A stretch of 64,000 nucleotides of DNA from an uncultured Smithella sp. (GTDB lineage Bacteria; Desulfobacterota; Syntrophia; Syntrophales; Smithellaceae): the NCBI GenBank assembly GCA_964632255.1, contig CAZWCA010000009.1:4394-68393 (forward strand). The letters run 5' to 3'. Made by a program: the position numbers and the translations under genes. Below the pieces are notes generated by a model. It had not been told where the DNA came from. It did not search any database and saw nothing but the letters and a program-made list of their open reading frames with translations. Below are positions 12,201-21,436 of this stretch, in pieces (the first letter of the stretch is position 1; every line of letters starts with the position of its first letter).

Positions 12201-12383
12201 GGCCTGCTCGAAAACTTCTTCCTTATCGACTCTCTTCAGGGAGAAGGATAGTTCCGCCTCCCTCAGCTCATACTCGATTAGCTCGGCATCGACCGGATTG
12301 TCTTCCAGCAACAAAATACGTATCTCCTTTTGCCGGTTTTCAGGTTCTTTGAAATTTTCTATTCTGAGAGCTTTCCCCTTCAT
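9225..12383 (-). CDS. hybrid sensor histidine kinase: N-terminal REC, multiple PAS, HisKA, HATPase_c (paralog B)
   Basis: 1052 aa. REC (DLILSDYDLP), PAS blocks ending in DITE(L/R)K linkers, H-box FSYSVSHDLRAPLR, N/G boxes NLLANAVKF, DNGTGFD, GTGVGLAIV. Confidence 0.93.
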   Translation of the reverse strand: MKGKALRIENFKEPENRQKEIRILLLEDNPVDAELIEYELREAELSFSLKRVDKEEVFEQALTEFAPDLILSDYDLPTYNGALALAEAKKRRPDTPFILVTGAVTEDRAIEILTQGAKDYVLKNRLQQRLVPAVRRALAEAEEHRVRRQAEIDLREAHKTLEEKVKARTAELEAEIAARKEMEEALRVSETNYRELVENANSIIIKMDQNGILTFVNDFAQKFFGYAREEYIGMNMMTLIPPSECTGRNLQEMADAIRRNPDDYIENINQNIRKNGERVWISWRNKGIRDSHGNIVGNLGIGQDITELKRAEESLRESEARFRVAQDMSPDGFTILEPVRDKKGLIVDFIWLYENAAIARLNGTDPDAVIGKRLLNLFPGIRGTRIFETYVEVAETGKPVVIEEMRKGETLAPTWLRLAVVPMRNSIAILTEDITEKKLEAENVKIVMQRFYSVLSNMFGAVLLVTNEGVIEFANQAFSEMFHLKESPDELNDLTAEEMLSKIRDNYPKSDEAIARIREIISHGQPVRGEEVAMSHGRTSLRDYIPIAVNGKNYGRFWHFSDITEIKRTEKALRETEAHFRLALRNAPVSVAIQDRDLRYTWVYNQRNALLEVIVGKRDNEIFTPEEATHITALKKRVLDEDIELREQMWFNRPGGRIFLDVYWEPVHDEKGKVIGVGQTTVNMTAIKMAEEALKRSEKDLREIADAMPQLIWISTPEGRTYYLNKRREEFPDLILQDSGYWDWHAVVHPEDIAASEIARQKAITYGTLNQVEHRFKQRDGSYRWKLSRGVPIKDDEGKVIKWIGTTTDINDLKQAEQESKLHSMQLEDANRELESFSYSVSHDLRAPLRAIDGFSRMLLKSEQNLDQETSRRIQVIRENAVKMDRLITDLLYLSRSSRAPLAKNRIDMDRLVKEIWKEQVSANPDRNMELKMVELPGAVGDEALVRQVLSNLLANAVKFTRHRKKAIIEVGEEAKAKENIYYVRDNGTGFDMKYYDKLFGVFQRLHAESEYEGTGVGLAIVQRIIHRHSGRIWAEGEVGKGAAFYFSLPVS

Positions 12384-12451
12384 GGATGGCCTCTTTTGAA
12401 CAGTTTTTTTGAAAAAAACCTCCTCTTATGAGTTTAGCAGCGGCAAGCTAA

Positions 12452-12481
12452 ATTGTATCTGCAATTTTTCCCGAAAGTCAA
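12452..12481 (-). promoter_or_regulatory. sigma70-like promoter of paralog B (TTGACT-N18-TACAAT)
   Basis: Minus-strand reading is TTGACTttcgggaaaaattgcagaTACAAT, ~70 nt upstream of the ATG. The sequence is conserved in copy C. Confidence 0.55.
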
Positions 12482-12861
12482 CGCTGGTTTACATGCGCAA
12501 TAAATTAAATTTTCTCAGTCTTTGGATGATTTCAGGCATTCCGGATCATTCATGGAACGTCCCATGGGCAATCCAACCGATTAGTTGGTGAACGTCGCAT
12601 TGAACCTTTCAAATCATAATTCATGCCATTACAACTTATAAAGGGAGCAAGCTTGACAATTAACGGCTTCGGATTGAACCGGGAACGATCCATCAAAACA
12701 TAATTAACCCATTTTCATTATTCGTTTTAACCGGTGGGGTCATGGATGACTTTGTAAAAATATGCCAAGGAAATTGTTATGATAATTATGTGCTTCGCCG
12801 TGATGAAATGACCGCGAACAAGCTGTATGGCGCCGTTGCCGCATACGCGATGATCGCTATT

Positions 12862-13206
12862 TTAAAATTTCCAGATCAGGTTAAGCGCAAAAAAGTTGAA
12901 GTTTGAATTCTTATAATCGCCGGACAACCTGTCTGCCAAGCGAGTCTGGTTAATGGACATATCCCCTCTCCATAAAAACTCATATGATGCCCCAAGTATA
13001 AGATTCGGATTAATGGCATACTGGCACCCCAGGCCGAAACGCCAGGACTCTCCCGTGGGAAGGATCACGCTGCGCTTATCATCATCGACGGCAGAGCTGT
13101 CATAGGCGACACCACCGGAGAAGGTCCATACCGGCGACTAACGGTACTGGACACCCAGAGAAATATGCCAGGTGTCGTTGTAGTCAGGGTTTTCAATGAA
13201 GGCATG
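12862..13206 (-). pseudogene. C-terminal remnant of an outer-membrane beta-barrel transporter (FadL/OmpP1/TodX-like)
   Basis: Minus-strand frame reads ...FIENPDYNDTWHISLGVQYR*SPVWTFSGGVAYDSSAVDDDKRSVILPTGESWRFGLGCQYAINPNLILGASYEFLWRG...ALNLIWKF. There is an in-frame TAG at 13138..13140, the N-terminal part of the barrel is absent, and the terminal aromatic F is typical of OMPs. Confidence 0.5.
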
Positions 13207-13979
13207 ATAATTTCTTACTCCTTATTCTTCACTATCTCAACTCGTCACACCTCGATCCTGGATAAATAACCCGGCAGCTACTTGATTCTTACAAACTCGA
13301 TGTTAAAGGTTTGTTTCTCCATTACCTGGAAGTAAGTACCTTCAACCGGTCAGTTGCCTTATCGTATTGCAGGTCGTAGGTCGAATCAGGGTAGTTGACA
13401 TCGCGCAGTTTCACAAATGCGGTGGTCCTACCTTCTTTTCGGCTTACTTCCGCACGAAAAAAAGCAGATTTGCCAATCAAACGAGAGTGAACGCAAAAAA
13501 TATCCCAGATGGTATAGTCCCCTGGCAAAGTGCAAGTAATTAATATTAGAGAATAATTTGGAATAAAGTGATGATATTGGTGCATATGGACAAAGAAAAG
13601 CTCTCAACATGTTGCAGATTTGCAAAATATTGAGGATTTGAGTAACGCACTGCACTTCTGACTGCTCAGAAAGAAGCCCCTACAACATGCACCCACCCAA
13701 AATGCCGGGTTATGATTGTTTTCGACTGAAGGCGACCTTGTTGTTTCAGCATTAAGAGGACATCGGCGCGAAAAAAAAGAGCACCAGCGTTAACCATTCA
13801 TGTGGAACCGTGTGATGAAATTTATAATGAGGATTGCCTGAATGGGTGTTTGCTTTAGGAAAAGGGAGCAAAACAGAGTCAAGCACTTTAAATTTTCATT
13901 TGGGAAAATATGCAAATTTTTTATCAGGTTATCTCCTCCTGTAAGCATTATTTATAGATCATTTTTTTAAGGCTGTTCA

Positions 13980-16900
13980 TCAGTTTACCGGAAGCGAGAA
14001 ATAGAAGGTGGCTCCCTTTCCGACCTCCCCTTCCGCCCAGACCCGGCCGCCGTGCCTATGGATAATTCGCTGGACGATTGCGAGCCCGACCCCGGTACCT
14101 TCGTATTCGCTTTCAGAGTGAAGCCGCTGGAAAACGCCGAAGAGCTTGTCATAATACTTCATATCGAAGCCGGTTCCGTTATCCCGGACATAATAAATGC
14201 TCTCTTTGCCCTTCACTTCTCCTCCAACTTCGATTACCGCCTTTTTACGGTGTCTCGTGAATTTGACGGCATTGGCCAGAAGATTGGACAAAACCTGCCC
14301 GATCAGCAAAGGATCGCCCTGTGCTCCGGGAAGATCTTCCATCCTCAATTCCAGTTTCCTATCAGGGTTGATAATGAGCTGTTCCTGCCAGACATCTTTC
14401 ACTACCTGGCCCATATTGATTTTTTTAAAGGAAACGGAGACGCGGCCGGACCTGGAAAAGCTGAGAATGTCATTGATCAGCCGGTCCATCTTTACGGCAT
14501 TCTCCCGAATGACCTGAATCCTCCGATTCGTTTCATGATCAAGAGCCTGCTCGCTTTTCAGGAGCATCCGGGAAAAACCATTAATCGCCCGCAGGGGCGC
14601 TCGAAGATCGTGGGATACGGAATAGCTGAAGCTTTCAAGTTCCTTGTTGGCGTCCTCCATTTGCAAACTGCGCCATTTCGATTCCTGCTCGGCCTGCTTC
14701 AGGTCGTGAATATCAGTGGTTGTCCCGATCCATTTTATAAGCTTCCCCTCATCATCCCTGATAGGAACGCCGCGGCTTAAATTCCAGCGGAACGATCCAT
14801 CTCTGTGCTTGAGACGATGCTCGATTTGATTCTCTGCGCCGGATTCAATCGCTTTTCGCCAGATATCCAGAGTCGCCGCAATATCTTCCGGATGGATGAC
14901 GGCATGCCAGTCCCAGTATCCCGAATCTTGCCGGATCAAGTCAGGAAATTCATCCCGGCGTTTATTGAAATAATAAATCAGGCCTTCGGGAGTAGAGGTC
15001 CAGACAAGTTGGGGCATGGCGTCGGCCATCTCCCGTAATTGCTCTTCGCTTCTTTTCAAGGCATCTTCAGCCATTTTGACCGCAGTCAGATTGACTGTTG
15101 TCGAGCCTACACCGATAACGTTTCCTTTCTCATCATGAACAGGCTCCCAGTAGACATCGAGGAAGATCCGGCCGCTCGGTCTGTTGAACCACATCTGTTC
15201 CCGAAGCTCGATATCTTCAGCCAGTACTCTTTTCTTGAATGCCGTGATATGCGCCGCCTCTTCCGGCGTGAAAATTTCATCGTCTCGCTTGCCGATGATC
15301 TCCTCCAGAAACGAAGTCCTCTGATTGTAAGCCCAGATGTACCGGAGATCACGATCCTGAACGGCAACCGATACCGGCGCATTCCTCAGAGCCAGGCGGA
15401 AATGTTCATCAGTTTCCCTCAGTGCTATTTCCACTCTTTTGAGTTCCGTAATGTCAAAGAAATACCAGAACCGGCCATAATTTTTTCCATTTACAGCGAT
15501 GTGGATGTAATCCCGAAGGCAAGTCCTCCCATCAGACATGGCGACTTCCTCGCCTCTCACGGGCCGTCCATGACTAATGATTTCTTGTATACGAGCGATG
15601 GCTTTATCCGGTTTCATATAATTATTTCTGATTTTGGAGAGCATCTCTTCCGCAGTCAAACCATTCAATTCTTCAGGTGATTCTTTCAAATGAAACATTT
15701 CGCAAAAGGCCTTGTTGGCAAATTCGACCACCCCTTCATTTGTTACAAGCAAAACCGCACAGAACATGTTGGACAGAACGTTATAAAAGCGCTGCATAAC
15801 AATCTGAAGGTTTTCTTCCGCCAGTTTTTTTTCTGTGATATCCTCGGACAGGATGGCTATAGAATCCCGCATAGGAACAACGGCCAGCCGGAACCATTTC
15901 GGGGCGACCATCTCTCCCTCATACATCTCTTCAACGATAGCCGGCGTGCCGGTTTCGGCAACCTTAACATAGGTTTCGAAAATACGGGTCCCACGGTAGC
16001 CGGGGAAGAGGTCCAGCAAACGTCTTCCAATAATCTCGCCGGGATTGGTTCCGTTCAGGCGGGCAATGGCTAGATTTTCATAAAGCCAGATAAAGTCGAC
16101 AACACGCCCTTTTTTATCGCGCACCGGTTCGAGGATGGTGAAGCCATCCGGAGAAAGCTCTTGCGCCACCCGGAAGCGCTGCTCGCTCTCCCTCAGCGCC
16201 TGCTCCGCCCGCTTGCGTTCGGTAATATCCACCAGAGTAACAAGAATCACATTTTCATCTTTTACGTTCAGGACCTGTGCCGACAGTTGTGCCATAAAGC
16301 GTTCGCCCGACTTTTTTCGGAACTCCTGCTCCCATCCATCAACAGAACCTTTCTCCCTCAGCTCTTGAACGAAACGAGCTGCGTCTTCGGACGTAGGCCA
16401 CATGTTCATCTCCCTGGCAGAATGGCCAATTGCCTCATCCCGGCTATATCCGTTCAGAGCTACCCAGGTATTATTTACTTCCAGGAAGAGCCCATCCTCT
16501 AAACGGGTCAGGGCAATGGCAGCGGGATTATTGGCAAAAGCGCGGGAGAACTTTTCCTCACTCTTACTCAATGCTTCCTCGGCCTTCTTACGCTCCGCTA
16601 TCTCTTGTTGCAATTCGGCTGTACGTTCCTGGACACGAGACTCCAAATCCTTTAAGAGCAGGTCTCTTTCCGCCTCAGCTGCTATGCGCTTTTTGTGCTC
16701 TTCCGCCTCTTCCAAGACCCGCTCAACAGCCGGGATCAGTCTTGAGAGCTTATGCTTAAGAACATAGTCTCTCGCCCCGCTGGTAAGGACCTCAATAGCC
16801 CGGTCTTCCGTTACTGCGCCTGTTACGAGGATGAATGGGATTTCAGGATGCTTCTTTCTTGCATAGGCAAGAGCCTGGATGCCGCTGTAGGTAGGAAGAT

Positions 16901-17123
16901 CGTAATCGGAAAGGATGAGATCAGGCGCGAATTCTCCGAGGGCCTGCTCGAAGGTTTCTTCCGTTTCAACCCGTTTCAGGGTGAAGGAGAGTTCCGCATC
17001 GCTCAGTTCGTACTCGATCAGCTCGGCATCGACCGGATTGTCTTCCAGCAACAGGATGCGGATCTCCTTTTGCTGGTTTTCGGGTTCTTTGAAGTTTTCT
17101 ATTTTGAGGGGATTCCCTTTCAT
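13980..17123 (-). CDS. hybrid sensor histidine kinase: N-terminal REC, multiple PAS, HisKA, HATPase_c (paralog C)
   Basis: 1047 aa, colinear with paralog B. It is highly similar by eye across the REC and the last ~730 aa, but has an unrelated first PAS module. H-box FSYSVSHDLRAPLR. Confidence 0.93.
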   Translation of the reverse strand: MKGNPLKIENFKEPENQQKEIRILLLEDNPVDAELIEYELSDAELSFTLKRVETEETFEQALGEFAPDLILSDYDLPTYSGIQALAYARKKHPEIPFILVTGAVTEDRAIEVLTSGARDYVLKHKLSRLIPAVERVLEEAEEHKKRIAAEAERDLLLKDLESRVQERTAELQQEIAERKKAEEALSKSEEKFSRAFANNPAAIALTRLEDGLFLEVNNTWVALNGYSRDEAIGHSAREMNMWPTSEDAARFVQELREKGSVDGWEQEFRKKSGERFMAQLSAQVLNVKDENVILVTLVDITERKRAEQALRESEQRFRVAQELSPDGFTILEPVRDKKGRVVDFIWLYENLAIARLNGTNPGEIIGRRLLDLFPGYRGTRIFETYVKVAETGTPAIVEEMYEGEMVAPKWFRLAVVPMRDSIAILSEDITEKKLAEENLQIVMQRFYNVLSNMFCAVLLVTNEGVVEFANKAFCEMFHLKESPEELNGLTAEEMLSKIRNNYMKPDKAIARIQEIISHGRPVRGEEVAMSDGRTCLRDYIHIAVNGKNYGRFWYFFDITELKRVEIALRETDEHFRLALRNAPVSVAVQDRDLRYIWAYNQRTSFLEEIIGKRDDEIFTPEEAAHITAFKKRVLAEDIELREQMWFNRPSGRIFLDVYWEPVHDEKGNVIGVGSTTVNLTAVKMAEDALKRSEEQLREMADAMPQLVWTSTPEGLIYYFNKRRDEFPDLIRQDSGYWDWHAVIHPEDIAATLDIWRKAIESGAENQIEHRLKHRDGSFRWNLSRGVPIRDDEGKLIKWIGTTTDIHDLKQAEQESKWRSLQMEDANKELESFSYSVSHDLRAPLRAINGFSRMLLKSEQALDHETNRRIQVIRENAVKMDRLINDILSFSRSGRVSVSFKKINMGQVVKDVWQEQLIINPDRKLELRMEDLPGAQGDPLLIGQVLSNLLANAVKFTRHRKKAVIEVGGEVKGKESIYYVRDNGTGFDMKYYDKLFGVFQRLHSESEYEGTGVGLAIVQRIIHRHGGRVWAEGEVGKGATFYFSLPVN

Positions 17124-17188
17124 GGACAGCCTTTTTTTAACAGTTTTTTAAAAAAAACATGCCCCTTATGAGAGGAGCAGTAATATAA

Positions 17189-17218
17189 ATTGTATCTTCA
17201 ATTTTCCCCGAAAGTCAA
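17189..17218 (-). promoter_or_regulatory. sigma70-like promoter of paralog C (TTGACT-N18-TACAAT)
   Basis: Minus-strand reading is TTGACTttcggggaaaattgaagaTACAAT, in the same position as in copy B. Confidence 0.55.
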
Positions 17219-17722
17219 CACCGGTTCATATATTAAACGAATTAAATTTTCTCAGCCTTTGGATGATTCTCAGTCATTCCGGGCTGTACCGATGTTTTTT
17301 AGAGATCATTCCTGCATGGGAAACATCATTGCGGAACATTGGCCGAAAAGCCCAAAGCGAAATTCATCCCCTTCTTCTATGCAGCCGGCGATATAAACTC
17401 GTTCCGCCTGGCCGTACCCGATCTCAGGAACATTCTTTCCAGCATCAGTCAGAACCGTATGTACCTGTGATTGCGCACGTGTACCGTCAGGAAAACGTCG
17501 AATGCATCCATGTGGCCGACGTTGATTTCGCATTGTCGATCAGTCAGGTACCGGCCAGATCCTTGCCCGAATGTTGTTAGGCAAAGCGGCAGTGTCACTT
17601 GACAAGGGCTGAAGTATCACTGGTGGCTTCGCCGGAACTGGTTGTGACGCAAGTTTATGAGTTCCAGCAAGTCTACGACTAATCATCTTTTTGGTTGTTT
17701 TGAGATCATTGAGGTTTGAAGG

Positions 17723-17845
17723 TTAATCCCCTGTACGAGGAATCTGATCGAAGGCCTTACCGAAAAGCAGAGCCGTCTTGGCAGTAACAGGCCCTTTCCA
17801 TTTAATGATATGAGATATTCACATAGCGGAAAGCCCGATGCATAT
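17723..17845 (-). pseudogene. possible remnant of an XRE/HigA-type HTH antitoxin
   Basis: Minus strand reads ...GLSAM* then, one frame over, ISHIIKWKGPVTAKTALLFGKAFDQIPRTGD*. This resembles the ...IS.I.NGK..IT...AL.L.K.FG... core of HigA-like HTH proteins. The piece is short and frameshifted. Confidence 0.3.
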
Positions 17846-18066
17846 GCTATTTTTAGTGTAGTGCGGCCAGCGAGATATACCTGCCTGTCCTGATTTATAA
17901 GATTAGTTCAGAAATTTATACCTGATTCAAATAAGCCTTTTCCTTAAGGCAAAATAAGGATGACTTTATCATCATCATGATTTAAATATTTTTACCGGTT
18001 TTAAAGGAAAGCATTGGACAGCGTGCTTTCACATAAAGAAGATTACGTGAATGATAGGTTAAAAAT

Positions 18067-18429
18067 ATGCTCCAAAATATTGATTATTTTAAAGGAATAA
18101 CAAACAAATATTACGAATTAAAAGAACTGTTTTCTCTTGTTATTGGACGACAATCGGAAGATCGGTATAATTCGGCTATTGCGGATTCTCTATTAGGAGA
18201 ATTAGAAAATATAGATTTAGATGATGTACATGCGTTCTTTCTACAAAATAAATTTGTCACTGAGCTTATAAAATTGAAATATGACCTCAATTTCCTTTAC
18301 CAGCAACCAGTTATATTGCTGCTTTATTATATGGCTGAAAAAACACCAAATAAATTAAAAATCTTATGGCCATTGACTCCGGAAGAAATTGATCCTGTAT
18401 TTGTCGATCTGAGCATAAAAGACTATTAA
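18067..18429 (+). CDS. hypothetical protein (120 aa), AT-rich orphan
   Basis: Clean ORF in a markedly AT-rich stretch flanked by ORF-poor DNA. No motif recognised. Confidence 0.4.
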   Translation: MLQNIDYFKGITNKYYELKELFSLVIGRQSEDRYNSAIADSLLGELENIDLDDVHAFFLQNKFVTELIKLKYDLNFLYQQPVILLLYYMAEKTPNKLKILWPLTPEEIDPVFVDLSIKDY

Positions 18430-18555
18430 ATTCTTATTGCTTTTGGCCGGAGCTGATCTACTGACGGTTCACATCCTCTGAGAACTTTTTTTGTTTATTC
18501 GTTGCGCATTCTTCATCCATTAAAAATTAATATATGAAGTGGTTTTATCATGCCT

Positions 18556-18882
18556 TTATCTTTCAATCCTTCTCATTGCCCTCACGATGACATGCATGTT
18601 TTGCGGGCGTACTAAACGCGCGACTTCCTGTCCGTCCTTCAGAAACAGCAAGGTGGGCCACAATTTGACCCCAAAGGAGCGCCCAAGCGGCCGACCACGG
18701 CCATCTTCAATCTTGATATGTGCGATGTTCGGATGCGTCGCGAATGCCTGCGCGATGAGTGGTTGCGCATCTTCACAATAACCGCACCAATTCGTGCCAA
18801 ATTCCAGAACCGTGGGCCCGCGAAGCGCGTCGATATCGTCACGGGTCGGTTCGATTTTTACAAAAACATTGCTGAAGCCCAT
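18556..18882 (-). CDS. thioredoxin-family protein
   Basis: 108 aa. Active site WCGYC within VLEFGTNWCGYCEDAQP, and the cis-Pro region LWPTLLFLKDG. Confidence 0.85.
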   Translation of the reverse strand: MGFSNVFVKIEPTRDDIDALRGPTVLEFGTNWCGYCEDAQPLIAQAFATHPNIAHIKIEDGRGRPLGRSFGVKLWPTLLFLKDGQEVARLVRPQNMHVIVRAMRRIER

Positions 18883-19796
18883 TCGTGCTCCTTTTTTCCG
18901 AAACAGTATTGGTGATGTGTTTAGATTTCATTTACAAATCCTCACGGTCTCGAGGATACCAAAGTCTCGCTGCTTTTCTCACCTTCTTACAGCAGGCATT
19001 GATAAAATCGCGGTTCTCGATATTCATTTTCATAAAGACCCTTCAATAGCGCGAGCAGAGCATCCTACTTTCAAATTGTTTGCATACAGCGCTTTATCTG
19101 TCAAGTTTTCGCCGGCATTTTTATAGTTTCGTTTTTATGTCTGGAATGGACAAGGAAGAACTGGTTGCAAGTGGTGGCAATGATTAGGGAGAAATAATCA
19201 GATTAATACTGCACGTCTATCCTGACAGACGCCAAATCAATCCGCGCCTTCCAACCTTCTCCTTGGCCCGGATGTGGGCAAGTTCGCTTGGGCGTCATGA
19301 TTAAGCTGAGCCCTGGTTTTAAATCCGCCAATTTTAGAAGTAAAACCGACATTATGCAATTAGTGGCCATCTCCAATTCTGCCTAAGATTACAAATAGTT
19401 ATTAATCACACTGAAAAAAATTATAAAAAATAAATCTGTCCGTGCCGTTAGTATTAAACTTTGTAATGGATCGATTTTTAGCACATTTTGCAATAAATGG
19501 CTCGCTCGACTTGAGATGTATGACAACGTTATACTTGCCCGTTTACTTCTTTTTTAATTGCAGTGGAAGTTCTCTTTTGTCTAACATTGGCAGAGACAGG
19601 AATGACAAGGCTTGGTTCGACCGCCCGCTAAATTTGACATACATTGTTAAATATTGTATGAGTTGTCTCCGACAAGGAAATAATTACTAAAGTACTCGTC
19701 GTTTCTTTTTTTTCTTTAATAACCTGTTCCATCTCGCTTTGACTCGGCAGTACTTAATCATATTCAAACTGTTACTATAATCGTGAAGGAGGAATT

Positions 19797-21044
19797 TTGA
19801 AGAAGATTTACGTCGTGTCTCTAACTTTCATTGTAATTACAATATTGAGCTGCTTCTATTTTTTCGGTGATAATACCCGGGAAAAAAATTACTTGCCTGA
19901 GATAAAGGCATCCAAATATCGCGAACATAAGGAAATAACCGGCGATATAAAAAAAGGGGACACCCTTTCAGGCATCTTCAGGAAGTATAAACTCAAAGCG
20001 GAAGACCTTTTCAAAATAAGAGAAGCTTCAGCCAGTCTGCATAAAGTACGAAATTTATTACCTGGCCAACCCTACAAAATAGTTCTTGATGACAATAATC
20101 AGATTAATTCATTCAGTTATTGGATTGACGATGATACCGTTCTTAACATAACGAATACTGACGAAGGTTTTTGCGCCAAAAAGACCGTTATTCAATATGA
20201 AGAAAGGATTGAATACATAGGTGGCGTAATTAAGGATAATCTTGTTTCTTCCATCGGAGAGGAAAACGGCGGCTTACCGATGGCTCTTGAATTATCGGAT
20301 ATTTTTGCCTGGGATATTGATTTTCTGACCGATACCAGAAACAACGACACCTACAAAGTTATTGTAAAGGGTCTTTACCTGGATGGAAAACTAAAAAAAT
20401 ACGGTGACATAATTGCTGCGGAAATAGTAAACAACGGGCGGGCCATTCGGGCTTATCGATACATTATAGACGGAAAAACCGATTATTATGATGAAGAAGG
20501 AAGATCTTTGAAGAAGGTCTTTCTGAAGGCTCCGTTAACATTCAGGCGGATAAGTTCCTTTTTCTCCGGTTCGAGACAGCATCCGATACTGAAAATCCAT
20601 CGCCATCATTACGGCATTGACTACGCTGCTCCGACCGGTACGCCTGTTTCCGCGTCCGGCGACGGCAAAATTATATTTTCCGGCTGTAATGGACAGTTCG
20701 GAAATCTCGTGGTCGTTAAACACCGCAACAATTTTAAAACCTACTATGGACACTTATCAACGATCGCTAAAGACATTCGGAAGGGAACAAATGTCGAGCA
20801 GGGGCAGTTGATAGGAAATGTGGGAGCAACCGGTTTGGCAACAGGTCCTCATCTGCATTATGAAATGCGCGTCGATAATAAGCCTGTAAACCCGCTTTCC
20901 GTAAAAACCCTCAGAGGGGGAACCATACCTGGAAAAATGATGGCAAAATTCGAACTGTTCAAAGATAAAGTCGATATCCGGCTTGCTTCCAATGAGTTTG
21001 GAACTTTAGCTTTGGCCAAGAACGAAACTCTCTCTTGCCGGTAA
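19797..21044 (+). CDS. M23-family metallopeptidase with LysM/OapA-like N-terminal region
   Basis: 415 aa. TTG start after GGAGGA, N-terminal TM segment, GDTLSGIFRKY (LysM-like), M23 motifs HHYGIDYAAPTGTPV and GATGLATGPHLHYEM. Confidence 0.9.
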   Translation: MKKIYVVSLTFIVITILSCFYFFGDNTREKNYLPEIKASKYREHKEITGDIKKGDTLSGIFRKYKLKAEDLFKIREASASLHKVRNLLPGQPYKIVLDDNNQINSFSYWIDDDTVLNITNTDEGFCAKKTVIQYEERIEYIGGVIKDNLVSSIGEENGGLPMALELSDIFAWDIDFLTDTRNNDTYKVIVKGLYLDGKLKKYGDIIAAEIVNNGRAIRAYRYIIDGKTDYYDEEGRSLKKVFLKAPLTFRRISSFFSGSRQHPILKIHRHHYGIDYAAPTGTPVSASGDGKIIFSGCNGQFGNLVVVKHRNNFKTYYGHLSTIAKDIRKGTNVEQGQLIGNVGATGLATGPHLHYEMRVDNKPVNPLSVKTLRGGTIPGKMMAKFELFKDKVDIRLASNEFGTLALAKNETLSCR

Positions 21045-21241
21045 ATTTTACGCCTTCAATTCCATGGTGTCACAATACGTCTACGCCGGCAGGGAGAACT
21101 TCGTAGTGCGGGAAAATCACCGCCCTCTACAAGTTTTCTGAAAAAAACCGCCCGTTCGCCGCAATACTTCACCAGTTCGTATGTCGGCGCTATTGGCCTG
21201 GGGGCAGCCCTCGCCATTGTTGGCGTTTTTCATCGACTTCA

Positions 21242-21277
21242 CAAGGCAGAACCGAAGAATTCTTCGGTTCTGCCTTG
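21242..21277. terminator. perfect 36-bp palindrome between convergent genes (candidate bidirectional terminator or protein-binding site)
   Basis: caaggcagaaccgaagaa|ttcttcggttctgccttg; the two halves are exact reverse complements. It lies between the M23 gene (+) and the aminotransferase gene (-). No strong U-tract on either side. Confidence 0.45.
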
Positions 21278-21436
21278 AAGATACGATTTTCAGCATAGAA
21301 AATTACTTACATGGACATAACTTGTCCGGCAAGAACATCGAAGATTAAGAATCCAGATACAAAGCCGTTTATGCTTATAATCGCAGCGACGCTTTTGACC
21401 GGCGCGATCTCCGCTCAACGCTTCCAGGCGGCTCGT

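Noticed and set aside
17306-17533. 75-aa minus-strand ORF (…VPEIGYGQAERVYIAGCIEEGDEFRFG…), possibly a cupin fragment
   Set aside because: The resemblance is too weak to call by eye. It lies in a decayed region with no start context, so I mention it only within the decay-zone finding.
21045-21240. GC-richer patch downstream of the M23 gene as a possible small gene
   Set aside because: All three + strand frames give short, motif-less peptides interrupted by stops. It is more likely the 3' UTR leading to the 36-bp palindrome.
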